DNA from: a bacterium
GTDB taxonomy: Bacteria; UBA10199; 2-02-FULL-50-16; JAJFLM01
Length of the DNA: 64,000 nt
Direction of reading: 5' to 3'
NCBI GenBank assembly: GCA_965216315.1
Contig: CBDCFN010000016.1
Location: forward strand, 64,001-128,000
Shown: one piece after another, positions 49,023 through 58,022 of the stretch
Layout: the number at the start of each line of letters is the position of its first letter
Numbering within the stretch: the stretch's first letter is position 1
Program-made: the position numbers and the translations under genes
Notes under the pieces: generated by a model
What the model was told of the DNA's origin: nothing
Databases searched by the model: none
Seen by the model: the letters and a program-made list of their open reading frames with translations, nothing else

Positions 49023-50180
49023 ATGGATGCCCCGATTTATCTGGACAACCACGCGACCACGCCCGTGGACCCCAAGGTCCTCGAGGCGATGCTGCCGTAC
49101 TTTCAAGAGCGGTTCGGCAATGCGGCGAGCAAACAGCATTCTTATGGCTGGGTGGCCGAAGAGGCCGTGGAGACCGCGCGCGAACAAATCGCGAAGCTGA
49201 TTGGCTGCAAGGCCAAAGAGATCGTTTTTACCAGCGGGGCGACGGAGGCCAACAACCTCGCCTTGTTCGGGGTCGCCCAGAGCTATCGTCCCCAAGGGAA
49301 GCATATTATTACGGTCGTTACCGAACACAAGGCCATCCTCGATCCGGTTGCCTATCTGGCAAAGAATGGATTCGACGTCACGTATCTTTCCGTCGATAAG
49401 CAAGGACACATCGATCTCGATCGGCTTGAAAAGGCGATTACGGATCAAACGATTTTAATCTCCGTCATGGCGGCGAACAATGAAATCGGGACCCTGCATC
49501 CTCTCGCTGAAATTGGTCAGTTCGCCAAGACGAAGGACGTTTTTTTTCACACCGACGCCGCCCAGGCGCTCGGAAAAATCCCATTAAATGTTGAAGCGAT
49601 GGGTATCGATTTAGTCAGCCTTTCCGCGCATAAGCTCTATGGGCCCAAGGGGATCGGGGCCCTTTATGTCCGGTCCCGTGATCCGCATGTGCAGTTGCTT
49701 CCTCAGATCTTGGGGGGCGGCCACGAACGCGGGTTGCGTTCCGGGACCTTAGCGGTTCCGCTCTGTGTCGGCTTTGGGGCGGCCTGTGCGCTTGCGCATC
49801 AGGTGATGCCGGAAGAGGCGCCGCGGATGAAGGGCCTCCGCGATCGTTTGCAGGACGGAATTTGCAATCAATTGGATGCCGTCCTTTTAAACGGCGATGC
49901 CGCGCGGCGCTTGCCCAACAATCTCAACCTCAGTTTTGCGGGGACGCAGGCCGAGGCCTTGATGATGAAACTTGATACGGTCGCCTGTTCCTCCGGTTCG
50001 GCGTGCACGACCGCGGACCCCAAACCGTCGCACGTGCTCCGTGCTTTAGGTCTGGGTGAAGATCTCGCGCATGCCGCCCTGCGCTTTGGCGTAGGACGCT
50101 TCAATACCGAGGCGGAGATCGACGTGGCGATCGAAAAGATCGTTGCCGCCGTCAATGAGCTCCGCGCAGGGTCTGGATAA
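49023..50180 (+). CDS. iscS: Cysteine desulfurase (IscS/NifS type)
   Basis: [39 protein letters not shown]. Confidence 0.93.
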   Translation: MDAPIYLDNHATTPVDPKVLEAMLPYFQERFGNAASKQHSYGWVAEEAVETAREQIAKLIGCKAKEIVFTSGATEANNLALFGVAQSYRPQGKHIITVVTEHKAILDPVAYLAKNGFDVTYLSVDKQGHIDLDRLEKAITDQTILISVMAANNEIGTLHPLAEIGQFAKTKDVFFHTDAAQALGKIPLNVEAMGIDLVSLSAHKLYGPKGIGALYVRSRDPHVQLLPQILGGGHERGLRSGTLAVPLCVGFGAACALAHQVMPEEAPRMKGLRDRLQDGICNQLDAVLLNGDAARRLPNNLNLSFAGTQAEALMMKLDTVACSSGSACTTADPKPSHVLRALGLGEDLAHAALRFGVGRFNTEAEIDVAIEKIVAAVNELRAGSG

Positions 50181-51198
50181 AAATTTCCAGTGATTCCGTT
50201 AAGAGATCAGCGAGTTGTGCCGCTGCGGTGACTTCAGGGTCGCCGCCGTCATCGGCCGGCACAACAGCGCCGAGCCTTTGCAGCTCCGATCCGACGACAT
50301 CACCTAGGGTCATCGAATTCCGCGGCAGATCCAAGGGCAGCGGGATTTCTTCGCTCTCATCATCCAGCAGCTTGATGTCGGGGCTCGAAGGGACGATTTC
50401 GTCATCGATACTGATGCGGCTCTGCGGCGCGCCCATGGTCTCTTGAAAGAGCGTGAGAGCGAGTTCACGGAGTGGGTCAGCAACGTTGAAGGCGGCCTGC
50501 AACTTGGCTTCAAAGGGATCTATCTCATCAGAAATTTGTCCCAAGAAAACCAACGCTGATTGGAGACGCATGGTAATCGCCAGGGCGGCTTCGTATTGAC
50601 TATGGATCGCATCGACATCGGACAAGAGGTCGATCGAGAGTGACGAGAGCGAGGCGTCTAAATCCAACAGGCTCGGTAAGGTCGGTCGGAATCCCATAAT
50701 GAGTCGGGCCGCGTTGATCGTTGCCGTGTCTTGGGTACGCGCCAAATGAGGCTGTTCGAGGAGAAACTCTAATTCGCGCGCCCGCGCGGCAAAGGCGTCT
50801 TCTCCTTCCAACTCGATATCACGGAGAATCGCGAGTGCATCATCGTTGTCAGCAAGGGCCTCGACGTAACTGATTTCATGAGTGACCGAGTCGCCTTCTC
50901 GAACGATAGAAAAGAATTCGTGGATCAGATCGAGTGGCGTCTCGCCTTCGTCAACCTCAGTCTGAGGGGCTGCATTGAGTAGCTGGTTGGCACTATCAGC
51001 CAAAGAATGCTCGCCGATTTCCTCGAGGGCCGGTCCCACGCTGCGCAGATAAGGGTCGACTTCCTCAACCGACTCCGTTTGCAGGGCATCATCCAAAAAA
51101 CTCTGGACGAAAGACACATTATAGGCACTGAGATTGGTAACACTGGCCAGGGCAAGTGAACTCGTGTTCAATGATAGCGACGGAATAGCCGAAAACAT
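50152..51198 (-). CDS. Hypothetical acidic protein with uncharged Ser/Leu-rich N-terminus
   Basis: SD GAGGAG; 348-aa ORF; CAAC-N16-CGATGA upstream (51270-51245). Confidence 0.72.
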   Translation of the reverse strand: MFSAIPSLSLNTSSLALASVTNLSAYNVSFVQSFLDDALQTESVEEVDPYLRSVGPALEEIGEHSLADSANQLLNAAPQTEVDEGETPLDLIHEFFSIVREGDSVTHEISYVEALADNDDALAILRDIELEGEDAFAARARELEFLLEQPHLARTQDTATINAARLIMGFRPTLPSLLDLDASLSSLSIDLLSDVDAIHSQYEAALAITMRLQSALVFLGQISDEIDPFEAKLQAAFNVADPLRELALTLFQETMGAPQSRISIDDEIVPSSPDIKLLDDESEEIPLPLDLPRNSMTLGDVVGSELQRLGAVVPADDGGDPEVTAAAQLADLLTESLEIFIQTLRGAH

Positions 51199-51281
51199 AA
51201 CAGACTCCTCATATTATTTGATGAATTCACAATGACGAGCCGTGTCATCGACGGGCGCGGCGATAGGTTGCGTCTTTTTTT

Positions 51282-52202
51282 CTAGGCCTTTAGCGCGTAG
51301 CGTAGCCCATCATGGAAGACCTGGTTGTATTCCTGCAGTTGCTCCAGGTGCTTTTTGATCATTTTATCCGAGAAGTAGACCTTGAGGGGATCCTTGAGCA
51401 GGGCCGGGCGATAGATAATTCCTTCCGTCGTGAGTTCGGAAATGGTCTTGGGGCCGTCCTTGAGGGCGGCCAGGATGAGTTCTTCGCGCCGGCTGAAATG
51501 GCGTTGAAAACGTTCCAGTTTCTCCAAAAATTTTTCACGGGTGAAAATGCGCACTCCATGTGACGTAATGTAATGGGGCACGTCGATGGCGCGAACTTTT
51601 TCAATCGATTGCTTAAATAGTTCAATGTCCGAAACTTCGTTGGCATACCAAGGGCCGAAGGGCGTCAGGTCGATGTCCGAAGTAAAGAGCAGCCCGATAT
51701 CGATAAAATGAATTCCAATCAACCCCGGCGTGTGCCCGGGGAGATGGATGATCTCAAGCTGGTGTTGATCCGTTTCGAGAATCTGCCCATCTTCAAGTTC
51801 GACGCTTACCGGGGTTTCATGGAGGTGCATCTGTTGCCACATACGTCGGACCCATTCAGAATAAATAGAACTTTCGTCGTTATCGATTCGTTTTTGAAAT
51901 GCCTTCCAGGAGCGTAACGCCGGTGCATCTTCCTTGTGGCACATGAAAGTCGCATTAGGGAAACGGCTGTTCAGGGCACGATGGTCGCTGTGATAATGCG
52001 TATTAATAATGCGGTAACTGACGTTGCTGAGGGCCAGATGTCGCAAATACGTGAAGTTGGCTGAAGGGTCGATGATGATGGGTTCGTGGCCGTGGACGAC
52101 AATGCTGTTCGCAAAAAAGAAATCTTTAGAGTTGCGCGCCCACACCAATTCTACATTGCCGCACCGGTGCCCGTGTTCCGTTTCTTTGAAATCTTTATGC
52201 AT
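51282..52202 (-). CDS. MBL-fold metallo-hydrolase
   Basis: THYHSDH, PGHTPG, SD and SHG motifs. Confidence 0.9.
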   Translation of the reverse strand: MHKDFKETEHGHRCGNVELVWARNSKDFFFANSIVVHGHEPIIIDPSANFTYLRHLALSNVSYRIINTHYHSDHRALNSRFPNATFMCHKEDAPALRSWKAFQKRIDNDESSIYSEWVRRMWQQMHLHETPVSVELEDGQILETDQHQLEIIHLPGHTPGLIGIHFIDIGLLFTSDIDLTPFGPWYANEVSDIELFKQSIEKVRAIDVPHYITSHGVRIFTREKFLEKLERFQRHFSRREELILAALKDGPKTISELTTEGIIYRPALLKDPLKVYFSDKMIKKHLEQLQEYNQVFHDGLRYALKA

Positions 52203-52208
52203 TGCTGT

Positions 52209-52700
52209 TTAGTCGTGTTGTTCGATGGCGAGCAATTTACGTTTGATTGCCAGTCCACCGGTGTAACCGCCGATGCTTCCGTCTTTTTGGATGATGCGAT
52301 GACAGGGAACGACCAATGAAAACGGATTTTTTCCGTTGGCCTGGCCGACCGCGCGGACGGCGGCGGGATTACGGATTTTGTTGGCAATCCATTGATACGA
52401 CCGGGTCTCGCCATAGGGGACGGCTTGTAAGGCGCGCCAGACTTTTTGTTGAAAAGGAGTCCCTTGTGACCAATCAAACGGCCAATTGAAGGTGGGAGTC
52501 TCTCCGTTAAAATACTTGTCGAGATCACGAACGACTCTTTTGAGCAGGCGAAGCTCGGCGCCGCTTCCATGGATTTCAGGCGTGGCGTTCCGTGCCGCTT
52601 TACCGGTGATCCATTCAACGGACTGGACCCGTCCCTGGGCGCAGCAAACCCGCAGCGGCGGCAAGTCCGGCGGCGTTATGATCGCGTAATTAGCAAGCAT
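52209..52700 (-). CDS. ogt: Methylated-DNA--protein-cysteine methyltransferase
   Basis: GTPFQQKVW, PYGETRSY, RAVGQANGKNP, VPCHR. Confidence 0.95.
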   Translation of the reverse strand: MLANYAIITPPDLPPLRVCCAQGRVQSVEWITGKAARNATPEIHGSGAELRLLKRVVRDLDKYFNGETPTFNWPFDWSQGTPFQQKVWRALQAVPYGETRSYQWIANKIRNPAAVRAVGQANGKNPFSLVVPCHRIIQKDGSIGGYTGGLAIKRKLLAIEQHD

Positions 52701-52725
52701 GCAAATTTCCTATTATCAGCTTCAC

Positions 52726-52847
52726 ATTATCAAAATGAGAAAATTATCAAAATGAGAACAAAAAAATCGGTTCTCATTTTGATAAAGTGTTTAAAATCAG
52801 TAACTTATCCGTGCCTCCGCGCGTCAGATTTTGGCATGCCATATGCA
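52726..52847 (+). promoter_or_regulatory. Sigma-54 promoter with triple enhancer repeat and IHF-like site
   Basis: ATTATCAAAATGAGAA twice (52726, 52743) plus an inverted copy 52771-52785; AATCAGTAACTTA 52795-52807; TGGCATGCCATATGCA 52832-52847 (GG-N10-GC). Confidence 0.75.
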
Positions 52848-52912
52848 AAGTATTGTAAGAGAGCGAGGCGTGTGCGCTCCAGCATGAGCCTCAATCGTTA
52901 CGGATAGGTGAT

Positions 52913-53299
52913 GTGATGTCAATGGATAACCGAGACCCAGAAGGCGTGGAATCTTCCCGAAAAAAGGCCGAAAGCGGCACGGATCTCTCGCCCTGGGCAC
53001 GCTACTGGGCCCGTCATAAGCGGGTTCCGCAGGATAGCCACCTCGTGAGCTTCGGGGATAAGGTGACCTATACCTTCGCCATGGGCAATGATGTCGCCTC
53101 GATTCACTATGATCAGCACCGTGGCGAAGTCTTCTACAAAGGCCATAAAGTTGAAACGTCCCGCTTGGATGCCTGGATGATCGACCTGCTCAAACATTTC
53201 AAAACTATTCTCGCCGAGAGCGAATATGCGGAAAAGTTCCTCAAGGGCTATTCCGAACTCCTCAATAAGAAACTCCATATGCCCCCCAAGGGCGAATAA
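52913..53299 (+). CDS. Hypothetical protein
   Basis: 128-aa ORF downstream of the sigma-54 promoter; exact start uncertain. Confidence 0.7.
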   Translation: MMSMDNRDPEGVESSRKKAESGTDLSPWARYWARHKRVPQDSHLVSFGDKVTYTFAMGNDVASIHYDQHRGEVFYKGHKVETSRLDAWMIDLLKHFKTILAESEYAEKFLKGYSELLNKKLHMPPKGE

Positions 53300-53332
53300 G
53301 TCCTGTGCTTTCTAATCAAGCCTCGCTGGGTT

Positions 53333-53995
53333 ATGATAAGGCTATCTATGCGGATTCGTGATCGCTTCAAAGATTTGCGCTTGCCTAAACTAGGGCGGGC
53401 ACGGCGCAAAAAAACGCTGACCGATGTCGCCCTCGATCCGGTTTTTTCTTATGAACGTGACGGCCACCGTTGGACCTTCGAAGAAGGGCATATTTTAATC
53501 GACGGTCATGATGTCAATCCGGTGATTTCGGAAGAAGAGACGACGGTCAGCACCTTGATTGGTTTGGCGTCCGGATTGGATGATTATAAAAAAGTCGTTG
53601 GTAATTCAAGACAGGCACCCCGCGCAGGGCGCCTCTTGGCGCTGGCTGACGCCTTGGTTGAGAAAGTTCTTGGCAAGGTCAAAAAAGTTTACGATGACAA
53701 GATATTCGGCGTGTCCTGGAAATTTAAGGATGGCGCCTTGATAGTCAACGGCGTGAATATTCATTCGTTCTTGGCCCTCTATCGTGTTCGCAAGACCGAA
53801 AAGGCCCGCCGTTTTCTCGTGGGGCTCAGATCTAAGATCGATACCTTAATAGCCAACCCAGCCGGCAGTCTTCGCAACGAAAAGGCGCGCCGGCTTTTAT
53901 TGGAACTACAAAGGGAAATCGATGAAGAACTGCGCAAATCATCTTCCGCTGGTGTGGCTGGCCGTCTCCTTAATTCTGGGGATCCTCAGCAGTGA
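53333..53995 (+). CDS. Hypothetical protein with internal duplication
   Basis: WTFEEGHILIDGHDVN and WKFKDGALIVNGVNIH repeat units. Confidence 0.7.
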   Translation: MIRLSMRIRDRFKDLRLPKLGRARRKKTLTDVALDPVFSYERDGHRWTFEEGHILIDGHDVNPVISEEETTVSTLIGLASGLDDYKKVVGNSRQAPRAGRLLALADALVEKVLGKVKKVYDDKIFGVSWKFKDGALIVNGVNIHSFLALYRVRKTEKARRFLVGLRSKIDTLIANPAGSLRNEKARRLLLELQREIDEELRKSSSAGVAGRLLNSGDPQQ

Positions 53996-56312
53996 GTTTG
54001 TTGAACCACATTCCATCCGCCCTCAAGTACAGCCTTCTGCTCGCCATGAATTAGTCATTACGGCACCGGTTGAGTTCCGGCGCGCGGGTCTGCGCGTGGC
54101 GGCGGAGTTTATGGATTCCGGGCGCCCGACGGTTCTTAATATATATGGCCATTATCCTGAACTGCGCAGTGGTGATGTCGTGGCGCTGCGCGGGCGTCTC
54201 TTGCCGGTGGCGGGCTATCGCAATCCCGGCGCCCCGGATCCGATCCGCCAGGCCCAGCGACAGGGGATCGATCGCGTTGTTCGGGTGACGCGTTTCGAGG
54301 ATATTCATATTACGGGACAGGCGGCGGGGTGGTGGTTGCTGCGTCCGTTGGAAACATTGCGGTATCGGATTCGGGATTTTCTTATCGATAAAATCCCCCT
54401 CGGTCCCCCTTTGGCAAAGGGGGATGTAACGGTTTCCACTAGTGTTCCCCCCTTTATGAAAGGGGGGGTAGGGGGGATTTCGTTATTACGCGCCTTATTA
54501 ATTGGCGACCGCTCCGGCCTGGACGAAGCGACGACCGCCGCCTTCCGTGACGCCGGACTCGCCCATTTGCTGGCGATCTCGGGACAGCATATTGGCATGT
54601 TGGCCCTGCTGAGCTACGGCCTGCTTCGTCTCCTGTTGTGCGGCGTGCCGCGACTGGCGTTATGGGTTCCACTGCAACAAGTGGCGTGGGGCTTGGCCTG
54701 GTTTCCGACGGCTCTCTATGTAGGCATTGCCGGCGCGCCCCTCTCCGCGCGCCGCGCGTTGATTCTCTTTTCGGTCTTTGTCTTGGCTTTTCTCTTGAAG
54801 CGCCGCCGCGAACTCTGGTCGGCCCTGGCGTTGGCGGCCCTCATTATCCTCGCGTGGGATCCGAGCAGCCTGTTTACGATTTCGTTTCAACTCTCATTCA
54901 TGGCCGTTGCGGCCCTTTTAGCCTGCTCCGGCCCCCAAGGCGCGGGCTTTAAGAACTGGTTGGTGCGACTCGTAACGGCTTCAGCCATCGTGACTCTGAT
55001 TACGGCGCCGGTGGTGAGTTACTATTTTCAGAGTGTTCCCATCGCCGGCTTGATCGCCAACCTCATTGCCATTCCTCTGGTCGGATTTGTTGTCTTGCCC
55101 CTGGCAAGTTTAAGCGTTTTAGGCGGTTCTTTTGTCTTCCCGTGCGCCGACTGGGCGGCGGAGCGGCTCATTAATATCGCTGAATTTTTTGCCGCCTGGG
55201 ACTTAAGTCTTCCCTTGGCCTTGCGGCCGGCCCAAGTTTGGATTTGTTATGGGGCGATTTTAATTGGCGTCGTTCTGTGGCGTTGTTGGATTTTTTCCCC
55301 TCCTTACAAAGGAGGGGACTCAGGGGAGGTCAAGAAGGACCCCACCCTAACCCTCCCCTTTGTAAGGGGAGGGAAGATTGCAGGAGCTGCACTGATCTTT
55401 GGAACTGTCGTTTTGTTAGGGGTAATCCACTTTGATACCCATAGCCGTGACCGACTCCAACTCACGATGCTCGATGTCGGCCAAGGGGATGCGATCCATC
55501 TGCGTTTCCCCAATGGAACCCATTTCTTAGTCGATGGCGGCGGCTTTTATATCCCGCGCGACAAGCGAAAATTTCCCGTCAGTGACGTGGGTACCCGCGT
55601 CGTGTTGCCGTATCTGCAGCGACAAGGTGTGAAAGAACTTGCGGGCATGATTCTGTCGCATCCCCACCCCGACCATTATGAAGGTCTCATCGCGGTCGCG
55701 CGTCACTTGCGGGTGCATGATTTTTACTGGAGTGGGGATCGTTTTCCGGATTCCAGCTTCAACGAACTATTGGATTTGTTACGTGCACAAGGGACCCGCT
55801 TTCATCGCGTTGCTGCCGGGGCGTCGCCGCTGCGACAGGGCGAAGTCGATATTCAATGGCTCAATCCGCGCGCACGTGGCCGTGAAAATTTAAATAATCG
55901 CTCTCTGGTGATGCGACTCGACTATCGGAATATCTGCTTTATCCTGACCGGAGATATCGAAGCGGCTACGGAGCGACGCCTCGCGCGCCAAAGGGATGTC
56001 GACTGCGATATTCTCAAAGTCCCCCATCATGGCAGTCGGACCTCGAGTCTGCCGGAGTTCTTAGCTGCGGTTTCTCCAGATTGGGCCCTGGTCAGCGCCG
56101 GGGCGCGTAACCCCTTTCGACACCCTCACTCACAAGTCATGGCACGTTACGAGCAGCAGGGGATTCAAGTCCTGCGGACGGATCAACACGGGGCTATAAT
56201 CGTAACGACAGATGGTGGAAAGATAGATATTACTGCGGTGGCGTCGTCGGAAAATCGTTTGGCAGACCAACATCGGCTTCAGTCGCGAAGTCGAGGAAGG
56301 GTTCGCTCGTAA
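53922..56312 (+). CDS. comEC: DNA internalization competence protein ComEC/Rec2
   Basis: GLAHLLAISGQH, SFQLSF, DVGQGDA, SHPHPDH, NNRSLV, LKVPHHGS, HPH. Confidence 0.93.
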   Translation: MKNCANHLPLVWLAVSLILGILSSEFVEPHSIRPQVQPSARHELVITAPVEFRRAGLRVAAEFMDSGRPTVLNIYGHYPELRSGDVVALRGRLLPVAGYRNPGAPDPIRQAQRQGIDRVVRVTRFEDIHITGQAAGWWLLRPLETLRYRIRDFLIDKIPLGPPLAKGDVTVSTSVPPFMKGGVGGISLLRALLIGDRSGLDEATTAAFRDAGLAHLLAISGQHIGMLALLSYGLLRLLLCGVPRLALWVPLQQVAWGLAWFPTALYVGIAGAPLSARRALILFSVFVLAFLLKRRRELWSALALAALIILAWDPSSLFTISFQLSFMAVAALLACSGPQGAGFKNWLVRLVTASAIVTLITAPVVSYYFQSVPIAGLIANLIAIPLVGFVVLPLASLSVLGGSFVFPCADWAAERLINIAEFFAAWDLSLPLALRPAQVWICYGAILIGVVLWRCWIFSPPYKGGDSGEVKKDPTLTLPFVRGGKIAGAALIFGTVVLLGVIHFDTHSRDRLQLTMLDVGQGDAIHLRFPNGTHFLVDGGGFYIPRDKRKFPVSDVGTRVVLPYLQRQGVKELAGMILSHPHPDHYEGLIAVARHLRVHDFYWSGDRFPDSSFNELLDLLRAQGTRFHRVAAGASPLRQGEVDIQWLNPRARGRENLNNRSLVMRLDYRNICFILTGDIEAATERRLARQRDVDCDILKVPHHGSRTSSLPEFLAAVSPDWALVSAGARNPFRHPHSQVMARYEQQGIQVLRTDQHGAIIVTTDGGKIDITAVASSENRLADQHRLQSRSRGRVRS
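54391..54480. repeat. 90-bp palindromic element inserted in frame in comEC
   Basis: AAATCCCCC...CCCCCTTTGGCAAAGGGGG...CCCCCCTTTATGAAAGGGGGGG...GGGGGATTT; encodes IPLGPPLAKG..PPFMKGGVGGI. Confidence 0.75.
55295..55375. repeat. 81-bp palindromic element inserted in frame in comEC
   Basis: TTCCCCTCCTTACAAAGGAGGGG...CCCTCCCCTTTGTAAGGGGAGGGAA; encodes SPPYKGGDSGEVKKDPTLTLPFVRGG. Confidence 0.75.
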
Positions 56313-57381
56313 CATCGATACTGAGATCTTCGCAGGTACCGATCCCCGCCAAGGCCCCAGTACTTGCTTGGGCGCAGACCGCGGGACTGATGTCCTGAGT
56401 CGGCGAATCGTCGGCCAGGAGGAAGAAGCCGTTGATAAGCAGGTGGAGTCCCACCAAATCGATGCCCTCAATGAACTTGGCGTTGTACTGTTGGGTATCG
56501 GGACATTCGATGCAAAAGGCGGCCGTTTCGTCGAGGATAGAGGCGATTCTAATGGTCTTCTTGTTCTGTGTTCCCTCCACCTCTTCACCAACGAAGGTGT
56601 GGTTGAAAATGGATGGGGGATCTCCCGGAGCAGCGTCATTGTCTCTTATCCCCATAAAGGTCGTGGTCGAGCGATTATCGGGGTCCACGTGATCATAGAT
56701 GGTGTGAAATTCAAAACTGTCATCACCGAATTCGGCGAGTGCAGTGTTGAAGAATTCACCTGCGCCAATGCTGTCATCATCGGGCATGTGCGTGAAGACT
56801 CCCGCCATGAAACGCTTGTCGTTTAGCCAGACACGGAAACAGATATTCTTAATTTCGTCGGCCGGGGCCTCTGCGGGACAGGTCTCGGTGCCGGTCACCG
56901 GGCAGGTCGAACCACTACAATCCTCGTTGACGCCGTCGCCGTCGAGGTCGAAGGTGCTGAAATCAATCTTGACGTCGATATCGAGAGGGGTGCCCGAGCC
57001 AGAGAGTGTTATGGTTTCTTGGAAGCTCGTTTGCTGCGGGTCGACGGGGATTTCGGTTTGGCTGACGGGGAGCAAGGTGAGCATCAAGAGCTCATTGTTT
57101 TCCTTTATAAAGCTTGGTCCTGCGCTGGCGGCTCTTTTGACGTCGGTGGCTGTCGCCTGCGCCAGGAGCGTGCTGCCGGAATTGGTCTGGCCCACACTGG
57201 ACACATCGATTCCCACATCGGCCGGGAAACGGAGAAACTGGGGAATCTCTAGGGGTGGGGCCGGAGCGGCGGGGAGGGTCCCACCGCCGTTACCCGGGCC
57301 GGGGCCTGCACCGGAACATCCCGTAAAAAAAGCGAAAATAACAACTGTTGCAACCGCGTACAACCAGCGCGTGACCCACAT
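56230..57381 (-). CDS. Lipoprotein of unknown function
   Basis: Lipobox FFTGC, G/P linker, several Cys pairs, DLDGDG Ca-binding-like motif. Confidence 0.75.
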   Translation of the reverse strand: MWVTRWLYAVATVVIFAFFTGCSGAGPGPGNGGGTLPAAPAPPLEIPQFLRFPADVGIDVSSVGQTNSGSTLLAQATATDVKRAASAGPSFIKENNELLMLTLLPVSQTEIPVDPQQTSFQETITLSGSGTPLDIDVKIDFSTFDLDGDGVNEDCSGSTCPVTGTETCPAEAPADEIKNICFRVWLNDKRFMAGVFTHMPDDDSIGAGEFFNTALAEFGDDSFEFHTIYDHVDPDNRSTTTFMGIRDNDAAPGDPPSIFNHTFVGEEVEGTQNKKTIRIASILDETAAFCIECPDTQQYNAKFIEGIDLVGLHLLINGFFLLADDSPTQDISPAVCAQASTGALAGIGTCEDLSIDVTSEPFLDFATEADVGLPNDFPTTPPQ

Positions 57382-57417
57382 GGGACAGATTTTACTCCGA
57401 TGCTGGCTGAAAGACTA

Positions 57418-57768
57418 CTAACTTGCGCGTCCCAGATTTTCCCAAGAGAGCATGCGCCAGAAGAGGGTCTTTTTGAGGAGAGTGGCGCCGACCTTGTAGA
57501 CGATATCGCCATCGCCGAGGGAGACGTAAGCGATAACGAGAACCATTTCGTGCTGCAGCTCTTGGATTGCGTTGACTTCGACATCATCGACTTTGTGTTG
57601 GCCGAAGTCGCTATCTTTGTATTTTTTGCCGTAGTCTTTGAAATAACTCTTGATGACGCCCTGAGCGGTCTTGGGTTTGGGCATGCGCTGCGAGCAGGCG
57701 GCGGTGCTAGCGACAGCAAAGCCGAGGATGACGACGACCAATATTTTTTTAATGCGATTAATATACAT
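57418..57768 (-). CDS. Small lipoprotein
   Basis: MYINRIKKILVVVILGFAVASTAAC lipobox. Confidence 0.75.
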   Translation of the reverse strand: MYINRIKKILVVVILGFAVASTAACSQRMPKPKTAQGVIKSYFKDYGKKYKDSDFGQHKVDDVEVNAIQELQHEMVLVIAYVSLGDGDIVYKVGATLLKKTLFWRMLSWENLGRAS

Positions 57769-57778
57769 ATCCTATGTG

Positions 57779-57850
57779 TGGGCGCGACAGGGATTGAACC
57801 TGTGACCCCTGCCGTGTGAAGGCAGTGCTCTCCCACTGAGCTACGCGCCC
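57779..57850 (-). tRNA. tRNA-Val (anticodon CAC), CCA not encoded
   Basis: GGGCGCGTAGCTCAGTGGGAGAGCACTGCCTTCACACGGCAGGGGTCACAGGTTCAATCCCTGTCGCGCCCA folds as a cloverleaf. Confidence 0.96.
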
Positions 57851-58022
57851 TAATAATGGGGGTCCACTGTGGTTCGCTTTCAGCGAATCCTCGCATGACC
57901 CCCAAACCCCCTGTTCCTTCGGTCGGCAAAGCCGCCTCGGAACCATTGCTCGTAAATCGGAGGAGGGTCCAGGCAGACAAGTATTACGAGGCCGTAGGGT
58001 ATTCCGTCAAGGGGAGCTTTTG

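Noticed and set aside
27474..51198. Accessory region as a prophage or single integrative element
   Set aside because: No integrase, transposase, phage structural genes or flanking direct repeats seen; ordinary genes such as iscS and the dehalogenase are interspersed.
52726..52785. Short direct repeats as a CRISPR array
   Set aside because: Only 15-16 bp, no unique spacers, one copy inverted, and no cas genes.
57249..57980. 243-aa ORF spanning the tRNA
   Set aside because: Overlaps tRNA-Val and a lipoprotein gene; spurious.
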